Made by a program: the position numbers and the translations under genes
The notes under the pieces: generated by a model
What the model was told of the DNA's origin: nothing
Databases searched by the model: none
The model's input: only the letters and a program-made list of their open reading frames with translations
From: Planctomycetota bacterium
Lineage (GTDB): Bacteria > Planctomycetota > UBA1135 > UBA2386
Direction of reading: 5' to 3'
DNA length: 64,000 nucleotides
Assembly (NCBI GenBank): GCA_046290465.1
Contig: JBKAGP010000001.1
Coordinates: 3,552,001 to 3,616,000 of the forward strand
In this document: positions 1 to 8,758 of the stretch, piece after piece
Position numbering within the stretch: the stretch's first letter is position 1
Layout: every line of letters starts with the position of its first letter

Positions 1-1727
1 ACCGTGCCGGCGGGCTGCTCCAGGATGCGGACCTCCTGCATGCCCGCGATGATGGCTCGACTGATCTTCGGGGACGTCGACAGCACCAGGTGGCCGTCGA
101 CGACGAACCCGTGCAGGTCGACGTCGAGCGTGGCGCTGCCCGGCGGCATCGGGATCGGCAGACTCACCGTCGGCACGCCGAGCCCGAGCGCGCGACCGCG
201 CTCCTCGACGTCGGTCTGCCCGTCCAAGCCCAGGACCGAGACCAGTTCGGCCGCGATCCGGCGCAGGTAGGCCCGCCCGTCGGCGCCGGCGCGCAGCCGG
301 CCCGCCATCACCAGACCGGGCGCGCGCCACTGGATGCCGTCCCGAGCGCGGGGCTGGTCGACCAGCGCCAGCGTCGGCGCACGCAGCACCTTGGCCCCCT
401 CGGTGCGCAGCAGCTCGCGCAACGCACGCGCACGTTCGTAGTAGGCCTCGGTCTGCTCGACGAGTTGCTCGGCGTTGTCGGCACCGCGCTCCCACGCCTC
501 GCCGCTGCGACGCTCGAACGTCTCGTCGACCCGCAGCATCAGGTCGTAGGCCGACTCGGCCAGCGTCGTCGTGCCGTCGACGTGGTAGAACGCCGCCGTC
601 TCCGGGACGAACCGCCACAGCGAGCTGTCGACGACGTCCTCGACGGTGCCGGCGGCCGGCTGCTCGAGCGCGAAGTAGACGCCCCCTTCGTCCCAGCCGA
701 TCGCACCGCTCATGCGCTGACGCTGCCGCATCTCCCGTTCGAACAGCGCCAGGTCGTCCTGCACGCCGCTGCCGTCCCAGCCGACCACGATCTTGCCGAG
801 TTCCTTGTTGCGGTACTCCTGCCAGAACGCGTCGGCGCTCGCGAGCGTGTCGGCGGCACTGCCGAGGTCGATCTGCCAGCTGGCGAGCGCGTCCCCGCGC
901 ACCGAAGGAACGGGCAGCATCGGCGTCGCCGCGGCCGCGGCCCCGCCGCGATCGGCACAGACCTGGATCACGATCGTGCGACCGTCGAGCACCGCCTCAA
1001 GTTCTCGCACGACGCCTTCGAGGACCTGCCAGGCGGCCTCGCGCGCCTCGTCCTCGTCGATGACGTAGTCGGCGAACACCGGATCGAACACCTCCAGCGG
1101 CAGCAGGTCGTGCAGCGGCATGCGCACGCGCACCCGGCTGTCGCTCGTCTCGAGCTGTTCCTCCTCGTCGGGCAGGAACTCGAGTTCGTCGGCCACCGAC
1201 TCGAACCACTCGTCGGCGACCCGCTCCGTCCGGCACTGCAACGAGACCGAGAACGCGATGCCGGCGACGCCGCGCACGGCATCGACGAGCGTCGCGCGTG
1301 CGTGCTCGCGGGCGGCCTGCAGTCGCTGCTCCGGCGTGCGCTCGGCGCCGTAGGTCGCAGCCAGCACGTCGCGCGCGACCGAAGCGCGGAGCACCTGCAT
1401 GACACCGCCCGACGTCGACGGCGGAAAGGCCAGCGTCACCCGCTCGGGCACGAGGTCCTCGAACAGCTGGACCTGCCGCCACAGGTTGGCCGGCACGACG
1501 TCCCGGGCCAGCTCGGTGACGGCCAGCACATCGCCCAGCGGACCGCTGCGAACGGCCTGCGCGACGACCTCACTGGTCAGCGCGGCGCGGATCCACGGCA
1601 GCGGATCGTCGACCGTGATGCGGCACGTATGACCTTCCGGCAAAAGGCCTTGAGACAATCCGACCTGCTCCTGGGCCGGGGCGAACGTCGCGGCCATCGC
1701 AGCGACGGCCAGCACTCCACTTCTCAT
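1..1727 (-). CDS. Secreted hypothetical protein (3' end runs off the window; absent from the ORF track)
   Basis: Manual translation from ATG 1727 gives MRSGVLAVAAMAATFAPA|QEQVGLSQGLLPEGHTCRITVDDPLPW..., open to position 1 (about 575 codons). Signal-peptide-like N-terminus, GC-rich third codon positions, CATAGT 7 nt upstream of the ATG. Confidence 0.75.
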   Translation of the reverse strand, partial: MRSGVLAVAAMAATFAPAQEQVGLSQGLLPEGHTCRITVDDPLPWIRAALTSEVVAQAVRSGPLGDVLAVTELARDVVPANLWRQVQLFEDLVPERVTLAFPPSTSGGVMQVLRASVARDVLAATYGAERTPEQRLQAAREHARATLVDAVRGVAGIAFSVSLQCRTERVADEWFESVADELEFLPDEEEQLETSDSRVRVRMPLHDLLPLEVFDPVFADYVIDEDEAREAAWQVLEGVVRELEAVLDGRTIVIQVCADRGGAAAAATPMLPVPSVRGDALASWQIDLGSAADTLASADAFWQEYRNKELGKIVVGWDGSGVQDDLALFEREMRQRQRMSGAIGWDEGGVYFALEQPAAGTVEDVVDSSLWRFVPETAAFYHVDGTTTLAESAYDLMLRVDETFERRSGEAWERGADNAEQLVEQTEAYYERARALRELLRTEGAKVLRAPTLALVDQPRARDGIQWRAPGLVMAGRLRAGADGRAYLRRIAAELVSVLGLDGQTDVEERGRALGLGVPTVSLPIPMPPGSATLDVDLHGFVVDGHLVLSTSPKISRAIIAGMQEVRILEQPAGT

Positions 1728-1807
1728 GCCGTGGACTATGCCACGACCGGAGTCGGATCGCGACCTCGCCGACGCGGGCATCCCGCGTCGGCGAGGTCCG
1801 GCGCGCC

Positions 1808-3097
1808 TCAGCGCCCCTTCGGCATCCGCATCTTGACCCCGCCGGAGCGCGCGCCGCCGACCACGCCGGTCGGCCGCGGCCGCGGAGCGCCACCGGTAAC
1901 GCCCCCGCCGCCGCCCATGCCGCCGCCGCCCATCGCGCCCCCGGCGCCGCCACCGCCGCCCGCGCCGACCGGCGCCGGCCGCTGCCGCGTGCCCGCCCCC
2001 ATCGTGTCGAGGCTGCTGCTCGGCTGCGCCTTGGGCTTGACCGTCTCCATGCGGCGACGCACGTCGTCCGGCCGGTTGGCCTTGGCGATGCAGTCGTCGG
2101 CGGAGATCAGGCCCTCGACGTAGGCGTTGAGCAGTTCGTCCTCGAGCGTGGTCATGCCGAACTGCTTGCCGGTCTGCATCAGGTTGAGGATCTGCGCCGA
2201 CTTGCCCTCGCGGACCAGCGACTTGACCGCATCAGTGCCGACCAGGATCTCGCGCGCCGCGACCCGGCCGCCGCCGATCTTGGGCACCAGCGTCTGCGAG
2301 ATCACGCCCTGCAGCGTGGACGCCATCTGCACCCGCACCTGCTGCTGCGCGTCCGTCGGGAACACGTCGATGATGCGGTCGACGGTCGAGATCGCGCTGG
2401 TCGTGTGCAGCGTGCCGAACACCAGGTGGCCGGTCTCGGCCGCCGAGATCGCCATCGAGATGGTCTCGAGGTCGCGCATCTCACCGATCAGGATCACGTC
2501 CGGGTCCTGGCGCAGCGCGCGGCGCAGGCCTTCGCGGAACGTGTTGCAGTCCTGCCCGATCTGGCGCTGCGTGACGAAGCACTTCTTGTCCTGGTGCACG
2601 AACTCCAGCGGGTCCTCCATCGTCAGGATGTGGCCCGACTCGGTCTGGTTGATGTAGTCGATCATCGCCGCGAGCGTGGTCGACTTGCCCGAGCCCGTCG
2701 GCCCCGTGACCAGCACCAGACCACGCGGCTTGGCGGCGAGGTCGAGCGTGATCTGCGGCAGCCCGAGCGTCTTGTAGTCCGGGATCGTGTCCGGGATCTG
2801 GCGCACGACGATGCCGACGGCGTTGCGCTGGTGCAGCGCGTTGACGCGGAAGCGCGCGCAGTCGGTCACGGCGTGCGAGAAGTCGATGTCCTTGTCGTCG
2901 AGGAACCGCTCCCACTGCTCCGGCGACATCAGCTGGCGCGCCAGCTCCGAGGTCATCTCCGGCGTCAGCCGCCCGAACTCCTCCTGCGGCTGGACCTCGC
3001 CGTCGATCCGGAAACCAGGCGGGCTCCCCGCCTTGACGTGAAGGTCGGACGCGCCCCTCTGGACCATCGCTCGCAACAGTTCGTCGATCTGCAACAC
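1808..3097 (-). CDS. pilT: Type IV pilus retraction ATPase PilT with Gly-rich C-terminal extension
   Basis: ASDLH, Walker A GPTGSGKSTT, EDPLE, LRQDPDVILIGEMRD, AETGHLVFGTLHT, AIRNLIRE-like AVKSLVRE. Start placed at GTG 3097 after GGAGAG. Confidence 0.93.
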   Translation of the reverse strand: MLQIDELLRAMVQRGASDLHVKAGSPPGFRIDGEVQPQEEFGRLTPEMTSELARQLMSPEQWERFLDDKDIDFSHAVTDCARFRVNALHQRNAVGIVVRQIPDTIPDYKTLGLPQITLDLAAKPRGLVLVTGPTGSGKSTTLAAMIDYINQTESGHILTMEDPLEFVHQDKKCFVTQRQIGQDCNTFREGLRRALRQDPDVILIGEMRDLETISMAISAAETGHLVFGTLHTTSAISTVDRIIDVFPTDAQQQVRVQMASTLQGVISQTLVPKIGGGRVAAREILVGTDAVKSLVREGKSAQILNLMQTGKQFGMTTLEDELLNAYVEGLISADDCIAKANRPDDVRRRMETVKPKAQPSSSLDTMGAGTRQRPAPVGAGGGGGAGGAMGGGGMGGGGGVTGGAPRPRPTGVVGGARSGGVKMRMPKGR

Positions 3098-3417
3098 CGG
3101 CAACTCTCCCTCTCCCAAGTGAACCGACTTCCTTTCCCGGCACCGGAATCGGTAAGCGCCGGGCGGCGCTTGACGCGGCCTGTCAGGGGTTGCCCCATCC
3201 CGAGACGGCCCGGCCGGGCGGTCGCCGCGGGACGGCTCCGATCGGGCCGTAGCGCGGCACATCCCCGCTTCCCCCCGCTCGCCCACACCGGTATCCTGCT
3301 CGCCCCACGATTCGAGGAGAGCAGGCGCCCCGTTCGCCTGCGCAGGACCTGGAAAACCCGTGGGGAATCGTTGGCTGCGCCCAGACAGGCGCGGTGGAAT
3401 ACCGATACCAGCACCAG

Positions 3418-5667
3418 ATGACCGATCTTCCCGAACTCCCCCCACAGCGCCACCGCACCGACAGCCTGGGCCGCCTGCACCGGCTGCCCGAGGTCCAGGG
3501 GGGAGGGGGAGCCGAGGAGATCCGGCCGGTTGCCAAGGACGCGCCGCTCACGTCGATCGACAAGAAGACGCTGTTCGTCAACCGGGAGCTGTCGTGGCTG
3601 GCGTTCAACCGGCGCGTGCTCGAGGAGGCGCAGGATCCCAACAACCCGCTGCTGGAGCGGGTCAAGTTCCTGGCGATCGCGAGCACCAACCTCGACGAGT
3701 TCTTCGAGATCCGCGTCGCTGGCGTGATGGAGATGGTCGACGCCGAGATCCAGGCCGAGAGCCACGACGGCCTGAAGCCGCCGGAGGAGCTCGAGAAGGT
3801 GCGCGCCGACTGCCACGCGTTCACCACCGCGATGCACCGCACGTGGAGCGAACGGCTGCTGCCCGAACTGGTCAAGGCGGGCATCCAGTTCCCGTCGATC
3901 CGGGAGCTGACCGGCGAGCAGAAGCGCTTCGTCGACTCGTACTTCCTGCGCGAGGTCTACCCGATCCTGACGCCGCTGGCGGTCGACCCGGCGCACCCGT
4001 TCCCGGTGCTGCTCAACAAGTCGCTCAACATCGTCGTGCTGCTGCAGGACCCGCAGAAGAAGGAGCGCCGCGCGCACCGGATGGCGGTCGTGCAGGTGCC
4101 GCGCTCGCTGCCGCGCATCCTGCGCCTGCCCGAGCAGGACGGCCACCGCGCCTACGTGTTCACCGCGGACGTCGTGCAGGCCAACCTGCAGGAGCTGTTC
4201 CCCGGGCTCGAGGTCGTGCAGACCAGCACGTTCCGCGTCACGCGTGACGGCAACCTCGAGGTCGACGAGATGCAGGTCACCGACCTGATGAGTTCGATCG
4301 AGAAGGAGCTGATCAAGCGCCGCCGTGGCGAGCCGGTCCGCCTCGAGATCGACAGCGACGCGCACCCCGAGATGCTCGAGCGCTTCCTGAAGGCGTTCCA
4401 GCTCGAGAACGACGACATCTACTTCTGCGACGGCCCGGTCAACCTCGGCCGGATCATGGAGCTCTACTCCCTGATCGAGAAGCCGGGCATGAAGGAGGCG
4501 CCGGCCAAGCCGCGCCGGCAGTGGCGGTGGAGCTCGCCGGACGACATGTTCGCCGACCTGCGCGAAGGCGACATCCTGCTGCACCACCCGTACGACTCGT
4601 TCTCCAACGTCGAGGACTTCATCCGGCTGGCCGCGCGCGACCCCAACGTGCTCGCGATCAAGCAGACGATCTACCGCGCCGGCAGCAAGAACGTGATGGT
4701 CGAGGCGCTGATCGAAGCGGCGCAGCAGCGCAAGCAGGTCACGGCGATCGTCGAGCTGAAGGCGCGCTTCGACGAAGAGGCCAACATCCAGTGGGCCCGG
4801 CGCATGGAGCAGGCCGGCGTGCACGTCGTCTACGGCATCGTCGGCATGAAGACGCACGCCAAGTGCACGCTGATCGTTCGCCGCGAGGACGACGGCAGCC
4901 TGCGCCGCTACTGCCACATCGGCACCGGCAACTACAACCCGGCGACGGCGCGCCTCTACACCGACATCGGCGTGATGACGGCGCGCCACGAGATCGGCGA
5001 GGAGGTCTCCGAGACCTTCAACATGATCACCGGCTACACGCGCGTGCCGCACATGGAGCACCTGCTGGTGTCGCCGTTCACGATGCAGAAGCAGGTGATC
5101 GCCAACATCCGGCGCGAGATCGACAACCACCGCGCCGGCCGGCCGTCGGGCGTCAAGGCCAAGCTCAACAACCTGGCCGACCCCAAGGTCATCCTGGCGC
5201 TCTACGAGGCGTCGCGCGCCGGCGTCAAGATCGAGCTCAGCGTGCGCAGCGTCTGCTGCCTGCGCCCCGGCGTGCCCGGGCTCAGCGAGAACATCACCGT
5301 CAAGGCGATCGTCGACCGCTTCCTCGAGCACAGCCGCGTCTACTACTTCGAGAACGCCGGCGACCCGCAGGTCTACCTGTCGTCCGCCGACTGGATGATC
5401 CGCAACCTCGAACGCCGCGTCGAGGTCGCCGCCCCGATCCTCGACCCAGAGCTGAAGCAGCGCGTCATCGAGGAGGTGCTCGGCATGGCGCTGAAGGACA
5501 ACGTCAAGGCGCGCCGCATCCGCCCCGACGGCCAGAGCGAGCGCATCGCGCGCCCGGTCGGCGAACTGCCGCTGCGCAGCCAGATGGCGCTGCTCGAGAT
5601 GACGATGCGCAAGGTCGACGACGCCGGCGCGACCGCGGTGCGCCGCGGCAAGAAGAAGTCGCGGTAG
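3418..5667 (+). CDS. ppk1: Polyphosphate kinase 1
   Basis: NRELSWLAFNRRVL, LLERVKFLAI..NLDEFFEIRV, HPFP, LLHHPYDSF, ELKARFDEEAN, KTHAK, GTGNYN, RFLEHSR, SADWMxRNL. Confidence 0.97.
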   Translation: MTDLPELPPQRHRTDSLGRLHRLPEVQGGGGAEEIRPVAKDAPLTSIDKKTLFVNRELSWLAFNRRVLEEAQDPNNPLLERVKFLAIASTNLDEFFEIRVAGVMEMVDAEIQAESHDGLKPPEELEKVRADCHAFTTAMHRTWSERLLPELVKAGIQFPSIRELTGEQKRFVDSYFLREVYPILTPLAVDPAHPFPVLLNKSLNIVVLLQDPQKKERRAHRMAVVQVPRSLPRILRLPEQDGHRAYVFTADVVQANLQELFPGLEVVQTSTFRVTRDGNLEVDEMQVTDLMSSIEKELIKRRRGEPVRLEIDSDAHPEMLERFLKAFQLENDDIYFCDGPVNLGRIMELYSLIEKPGMKEAPAKPRRQWRWSSPDDMFADLREGDILLHHPYDSFSNVEDFIRLAARDPNVLAIKQTIYRAGSKNVMVEALIEAAQQRKQVTAIVELKARFDEEANIQWARRMEQAGVHVVYGIVGMKTHAKCTLIVRREDDGSLRRYCHIGTGNYNPATARLYTDIGVMTARHEIGEEVSETFNMITGYTRVPHMEHLLVSPFTMQKQVIANIRREIDNHRAGRPSGVKAKLNNLADPKVILALYEASRAGVKIELSVRSVCCLRPGVPGLSENITVKAIVDRFLEHSRVYYFENAGDPQVYLSSADWMIRNLERRVEVAAPILDPELKQRVIEEVLGMALKDNVKARRIRPDGQSERIARPVGELPLRSQMALLEMTMRKVDDAGATAVRRGKKKSR

Positions 5668-5769
5668 CCCCCGCCGAGCCCACCACGGGCACCGCTGGGT
5701 CGCGTCGATGGCCCCACCTGGGGAAATCCCTAAGGAACGAGACTCAGGCTTCTACGCATTCTGGCCGAT

Positions 5770-5885
5770 GTCAGGAGTGCCTGGGGGCGCGAGCCCCGAC
5801 GCGAACCTGCCCGGCCAACCTCTCAGTCGCCGGGCGGGTCCTGGCGGCCGCAGCACCTGGGAGCTGCGGCCGCCGCGTTTTCTCT
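5770..5885 (+). promoter_or_regulatory. Candidate cis-regulatory RNA (three-way junction plus overlapping terminator-like hairpin)
   Basis: P1 5770-5776/5839-5845; GGGGC-GCGA-GCCCC GNRA hairpin; second stem about 5806-5815/5829-5838; perfect 12-bp hairpin 5843-5854/5863-5874 followed by GCGTTTTCTCT. Confidence 0.4.
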
Positions 5886-5888
5886 CAT

Positions 5889-5909
5889 CCGACCACCGAC
5901 CACCGACCA
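5889..5909 (+). repeat. CCGACCA x3 tandem repeat
   Basis: Read directly; ends 3 nt before ATG 5913. Confidence 0.8.
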
Positions 5910-5912
5910 CCC

Positions 5913-6305
5913 ATGCAGCCATCCGACGATGCAGCCGCGACGGCCGTCATAGCCATCGTGATGGCGGAGATGGGCCACCTCGCCAGCGAGGTCGTGGTCG
6001 GAGCCGACCAGATGCAGCACCGCTGCCTCGGCTGCATGGCCGGCTCGTCGGGCCGCCTGCCAGCGCGAGACCTGCGCATCCTCGACACCGCGCGCCAGGT
6101 GTTCGCGATGCACCTGAAGAGCTACCGCCACACCCGCCGGATCCCGCCACACGCTCCCGCAGCCAACCTGATGGACGGCTCCACCACCGCCATCGACGCG
6201 ACCGTGCGGCGCCGCTTCGCCGCCGTGATGGAGCTGGCCGAACGACTCGAGGAGAGCGACTGGCTGCCGGGCTCGGAGGTCGGTCGGGTGCTGGCCGGCG
6301 AGTAG
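5913..6305 (+). CDS. Hypothetical protein (130 aa)
   Basis: MQPSDDAAATAVIAIVMAEMGHL...; plausible composition; fills the gap between ppk1 and the tRNA terminator. Confidence 0.55.
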   Translation: MQPSDDAAATAVIAIVMAEMGHLASEVVVGADQMQHRCLGCMAGSSGRLPARDLRILDTARQVFAMHLKSYRHTRRIPPHAPAANLMDGSTTAIDATVRRRFAAVMELAERLEESDWLPGSEVGRVLAGE

Positions 6306-6315
6306 CAGCGGCCGG

Positions 6316-6359
6316 GAAAAGAGAAACCCCTCGGAGCGCGAGTGGCACTCCGAGGGGTT
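6316..6359 (-). terminator. Intrinsic terminator downstream of tRNA-Asp
   Basis: Stem AACCCCTCGGAG (6325-6336)/CTCCGAGGGGTT (6348-6359), followed on the minus strand by a U-rich tail. Confidence 0.75.
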
Positions 6360-6364
6360 CCTGC

Positions 6365-6441
6365 TGGCGAGGACGAAGGGACTCGAACCCTCAACCACCG
6401 GATCGACAGTCCGGGACTCTAACCAATTGAGCTACGTCCCC
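6365..6441 (-). tRNA. tRNA-Asp (GTC)
   Basis: GGGGACGTAGCTCAATTGGTTAGAG...CCGGA-CTGTCGA-TCCGG...GGTTCGAGTCCC...CGTCCTC-G-CCA; 77-nt cloverleaf with encoded CCA. Confidence 0.97.
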
Positions 6442-6459
6442 ACGCGTTGGGGGCCGAGG

Positions 6460-6487
6460 AATCTACCGACCGCCCGGCGCTTTGCAA
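6460..6487 (-). promoter_or_regulatory. Sigma70-type promoter of tRNA-Asp
   Basis: TTGCAA-16 nt-TAGATT on the minus strand, ending 18 nt upstream of the tRNA. Confidence 0.55.
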
Positions 6488-6545
6488 GCGTCTTCTATCG
6501 GACAATTCGCGGTCCCGGCGATGGTGACGGGCGACCGGTGGGGGT

Positions 6546-6582
6546 AAAAAATCGGCCGGCGGGCTCACACCCCGCCGGCCGA
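6546..6582 (-). terminator. Intrinsic terminator with no obvious cognate gene
   Basis: Perfect 12-bp stem 6552-6563/6571-6582 followed by T6 on the minus strand (A6 at 6546-6551). Confidence 0.6.
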
Positions 6583-6714
6583 AGCCACTCTTCGCTCTCT
6601 CGTGTCGAAGCGGCCGCCTTGTCCCTGGTGCCTGGCGGCGCCAGGGGCCGGACGACCGGCTCGCTACTACGGTGGTTAGGACGGGTGGTTCCTGGGCCCA
6701 AGATCAAGCAGACG

Positions 6715-7761
6715 ATGTTCTTCTCGGGTTCGGCAGAAGGTCCGACGGCAAGGCTCGAACTGGGCTACGCAGGCGGCGCGGGTGTACCAGATCCGCACCT
6801 GTCGGTGGACGGCATGACGCCTGCCGGGCCCAACCTGTCGCACTGGCCGGGGAACCGCACGCCGCCGCAGTGGAAGGCCGACCTCAGCACCGGCATCGCG
6901 CTGCGGTTCGCGCGCGCGCCGGCCGCGGAGCAGCAGGCGTTCCTGGGCGACGCGCTGCACGTCGTCAACGACCACTACGACACCGACGGGTTCGGCTCGC
7001 TGCTGGCGGTGCTGCGGCCGGACCTCGCGTTCCGCTGCGAGGACCGGTTGATCTCGGCGGCGACGGTCGGCGACTTCGGGCTGTGGCACACCTGGCGCGG
7101 CTTCGCGATCGACCGCATCGTCAAGAACCTGATGCGATCCGATTCCCCGGTGCGCGGTGCGTTCCACGGCGTCGAGGGCGACGACCAATTGGCATTGGCG
7201 CGCTACCGCTGGCTGCTCGACAACGCCGAGTCGGTCGTCGAGCACACCGGTGGCTACCGCGTGCTGTACGAGGAGGAGATGGCGCAGGTGCAGCAGGAGA
7301 TCGACCGCGGCCTGCGCGGGGCGCTCGACGTTCGCCTCGATCGAGAACGCGGATTCAGCACCGTCACGACCGCCGGCCCGCGGCACCGGATGACGCTCAA
7401 CACGCTGGCCGGCGCGTGGCGCGTGCTGCACGTGATCGAAGGCGATGACGGCCCGCGCTACCGCTACCACGACCGCACCGAGAGCTGGTTCGAACTGGTC
7501 ACGTTCCACGCCCCGCCGCGGCGCGACCTGCGACCGCTGTGCCAACGGCTGCGCGCACTCGAGCCCGAGCGCGACGGCGCGTCGTGGAACGCCGATCCGC
7601 CCGACACGCCGATCCCGGAGCTCTACTTCGGCGTGCCGTCGGCGCAGGAATACGGCGAGATCACGCGCGAGCTGCGGCCGAGCCGACTGACCCCGGAGCA
7701 GGTCCGCGGCGCGTTCGTCGGCTTCTTCGACGAACCGGCCCGTGGCGGCCGCGCGCCCTAG
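6715..7761 (+). CDS. DUF6687-like / DHH-phosphoesterase-like protein
   Basis: SVDG, LSHWPGNRTP, KADLST, NDHYDTDG and GDFG motifs; family assignment from recall. Confidence 0.6.
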   Translation: MFFSGSAEGPTARLELGYAGGAGVPDPHLSVDGMTPAGPNLSHWPGNRTPPQWKADLSTGIALRFARAPAAEQQAFLGDALHVVNDHYDTDGFGSLLAVLRPDLAFRCEDRLISAATVGDFGLWHTWRGFAIDRIVKNLMRSDSPVRGAFHGVEGDDQLALARYRWLLDNAESVVEHTGGYRVLYEEEMAQVQQEIDRGLRGALDVRLDRERGFSTVTTAGPRHRMTLNTLAGAWRVLHVIEGDDGPRYRYHDRTESWFELVTFHAPPRRDLRPLCQRLRALEPERDGASWNADPPDTPIPELYFGVPSAQEYGEITRELRPSRLTPEQVRGAFVGFFDEPARGGRAP

Positions 7762-7792
7762 AAACGCTGCGGCGCGCCGTCATGATCGATGC

Positions 7793-8758
7793 ATGGCCTG
7801 GTCGCTGCGCACGTTCCTGATCGCCCTCGGCACGCTGGCCGCGTGCGGGCCGCAACCGGTGACCACCGACGACGCGGGCCGCATGCACGTCGCGGCGGTG
7901 TGTGCGCCCGAGGCCCTGACGGCGACCCTGCAGCAGCACGACGAAGCGACGCTGGTGGTCGCGCTCGACGTTGGGGGCGCCGACGTGCTGGCCTCGGTCC
8001 GTGCCGCCGGCCGCGCGCAGCAGCCGTTCGTGGTGGCGGTCGGCCCGTATCGCGAGGGCATGCCGCTGCCGGACGCGCTGGTCGCCGAGGCGACCGGCGC
8101 CGACGTCGCGATCGACCTCGCGCTGCTGGCGTGCACCGGCATCCCGACCAAGAACACCCGCTACGAGGTCGGCACGCGCACCTGGACCGAGGCCAACCGC
8201 CGGGCCGGCGGCACCGCGACGCTGGCGCCGGCCGACCCGATCCTGGCGATGCTGCGCGCGCAGCACGCCCAGCGGCTGACCACCAGTCCCGCTACCGACG
8301 AAGTGCACCGCATCGCGTTCGTGCTGCCGGGGGACGCTGCGCCGTGGCAGCGCGCCGCGCTCGCCGAGGCCGAAGCGGCCGCCGCGCGCTACCCGCAGCT
8401 GGACCTGGCCGTCGCCAGCGATGCCGAGACCGCCGTCCAGGGCCAGCCGCGCCTGCTGATCCTGGCGACGCACGATGCCGCCGAGACCGCGGCTGTGCGG
8501 CAGGCCGCCGGGAGCCTGCCCGACGGGCCGCGCCCGGTGATCGTGCTCGACCCGCTGCTCGACGATCGACACGACACCTGCCGCATCGGCTGCTCGCCGC
8601 GCACGCTCGCACAGGCCGCGGCCGTGCAGGTGCGCGCGCTGCTGCCCGACGGCGGCAACCTGGTCGTGTGCGTGCGCAAGGGCGGCACCGCGACGACCTC
8701 GATGCGGCTCGACGCGTTCGCCGAAGCGATGGGCTTCGACCCGGCGGCCCTGCGTTGA
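7793..8758 (+). CDS. Lipoprotein with periplasmic-binding-protein-like alpha/beta region
   Basis: Lipobox LAAC; C-terminal half (RIAFVLPG..., PVIVLD, RIGCSPRTLAQAAA) resembles sugar-binding/LacI-type lobes. Confidence 0.6.
   Translation: MAWSLRTFLIALGTLAACGPQPVTTDDAGRMHVAAVCAPEALTATLQQHDEATLVVALDVGGADVLASVRAAGRAQQPFVVAVGPYREGMPLPDALVAEATGADVAIDLALLACTGIPTKNTRYEVGTRTWTEANRRAGGTATLAPADPILAMLRAQHAQRLTTSPATDEVHRIAFVLPGDAAPWQRAALAEAEAAAARYPQLDLAVASDAETAVQGQPRLLILATHDAAETAAVRQAAGSLPDGPRPVIVLDPLLDDRHDTCRIGCSPRTLAQAAAVQVRALLPDGGNLVVCVRKGGTATTSMRLDAFAEAMGFDPAALR

Noticed and set aside
90..2123. 677-aa plus-strand ORF
   Set aside because: Antisense shadow of the real minus-strand genes; Arg/His-rich with no motifs.
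5668..6441. Integrative element at tRNA-Asp
   Set aside because: No integrase, and I saw no duplicated tRNA 3' end; the tRNA terminator is intact.
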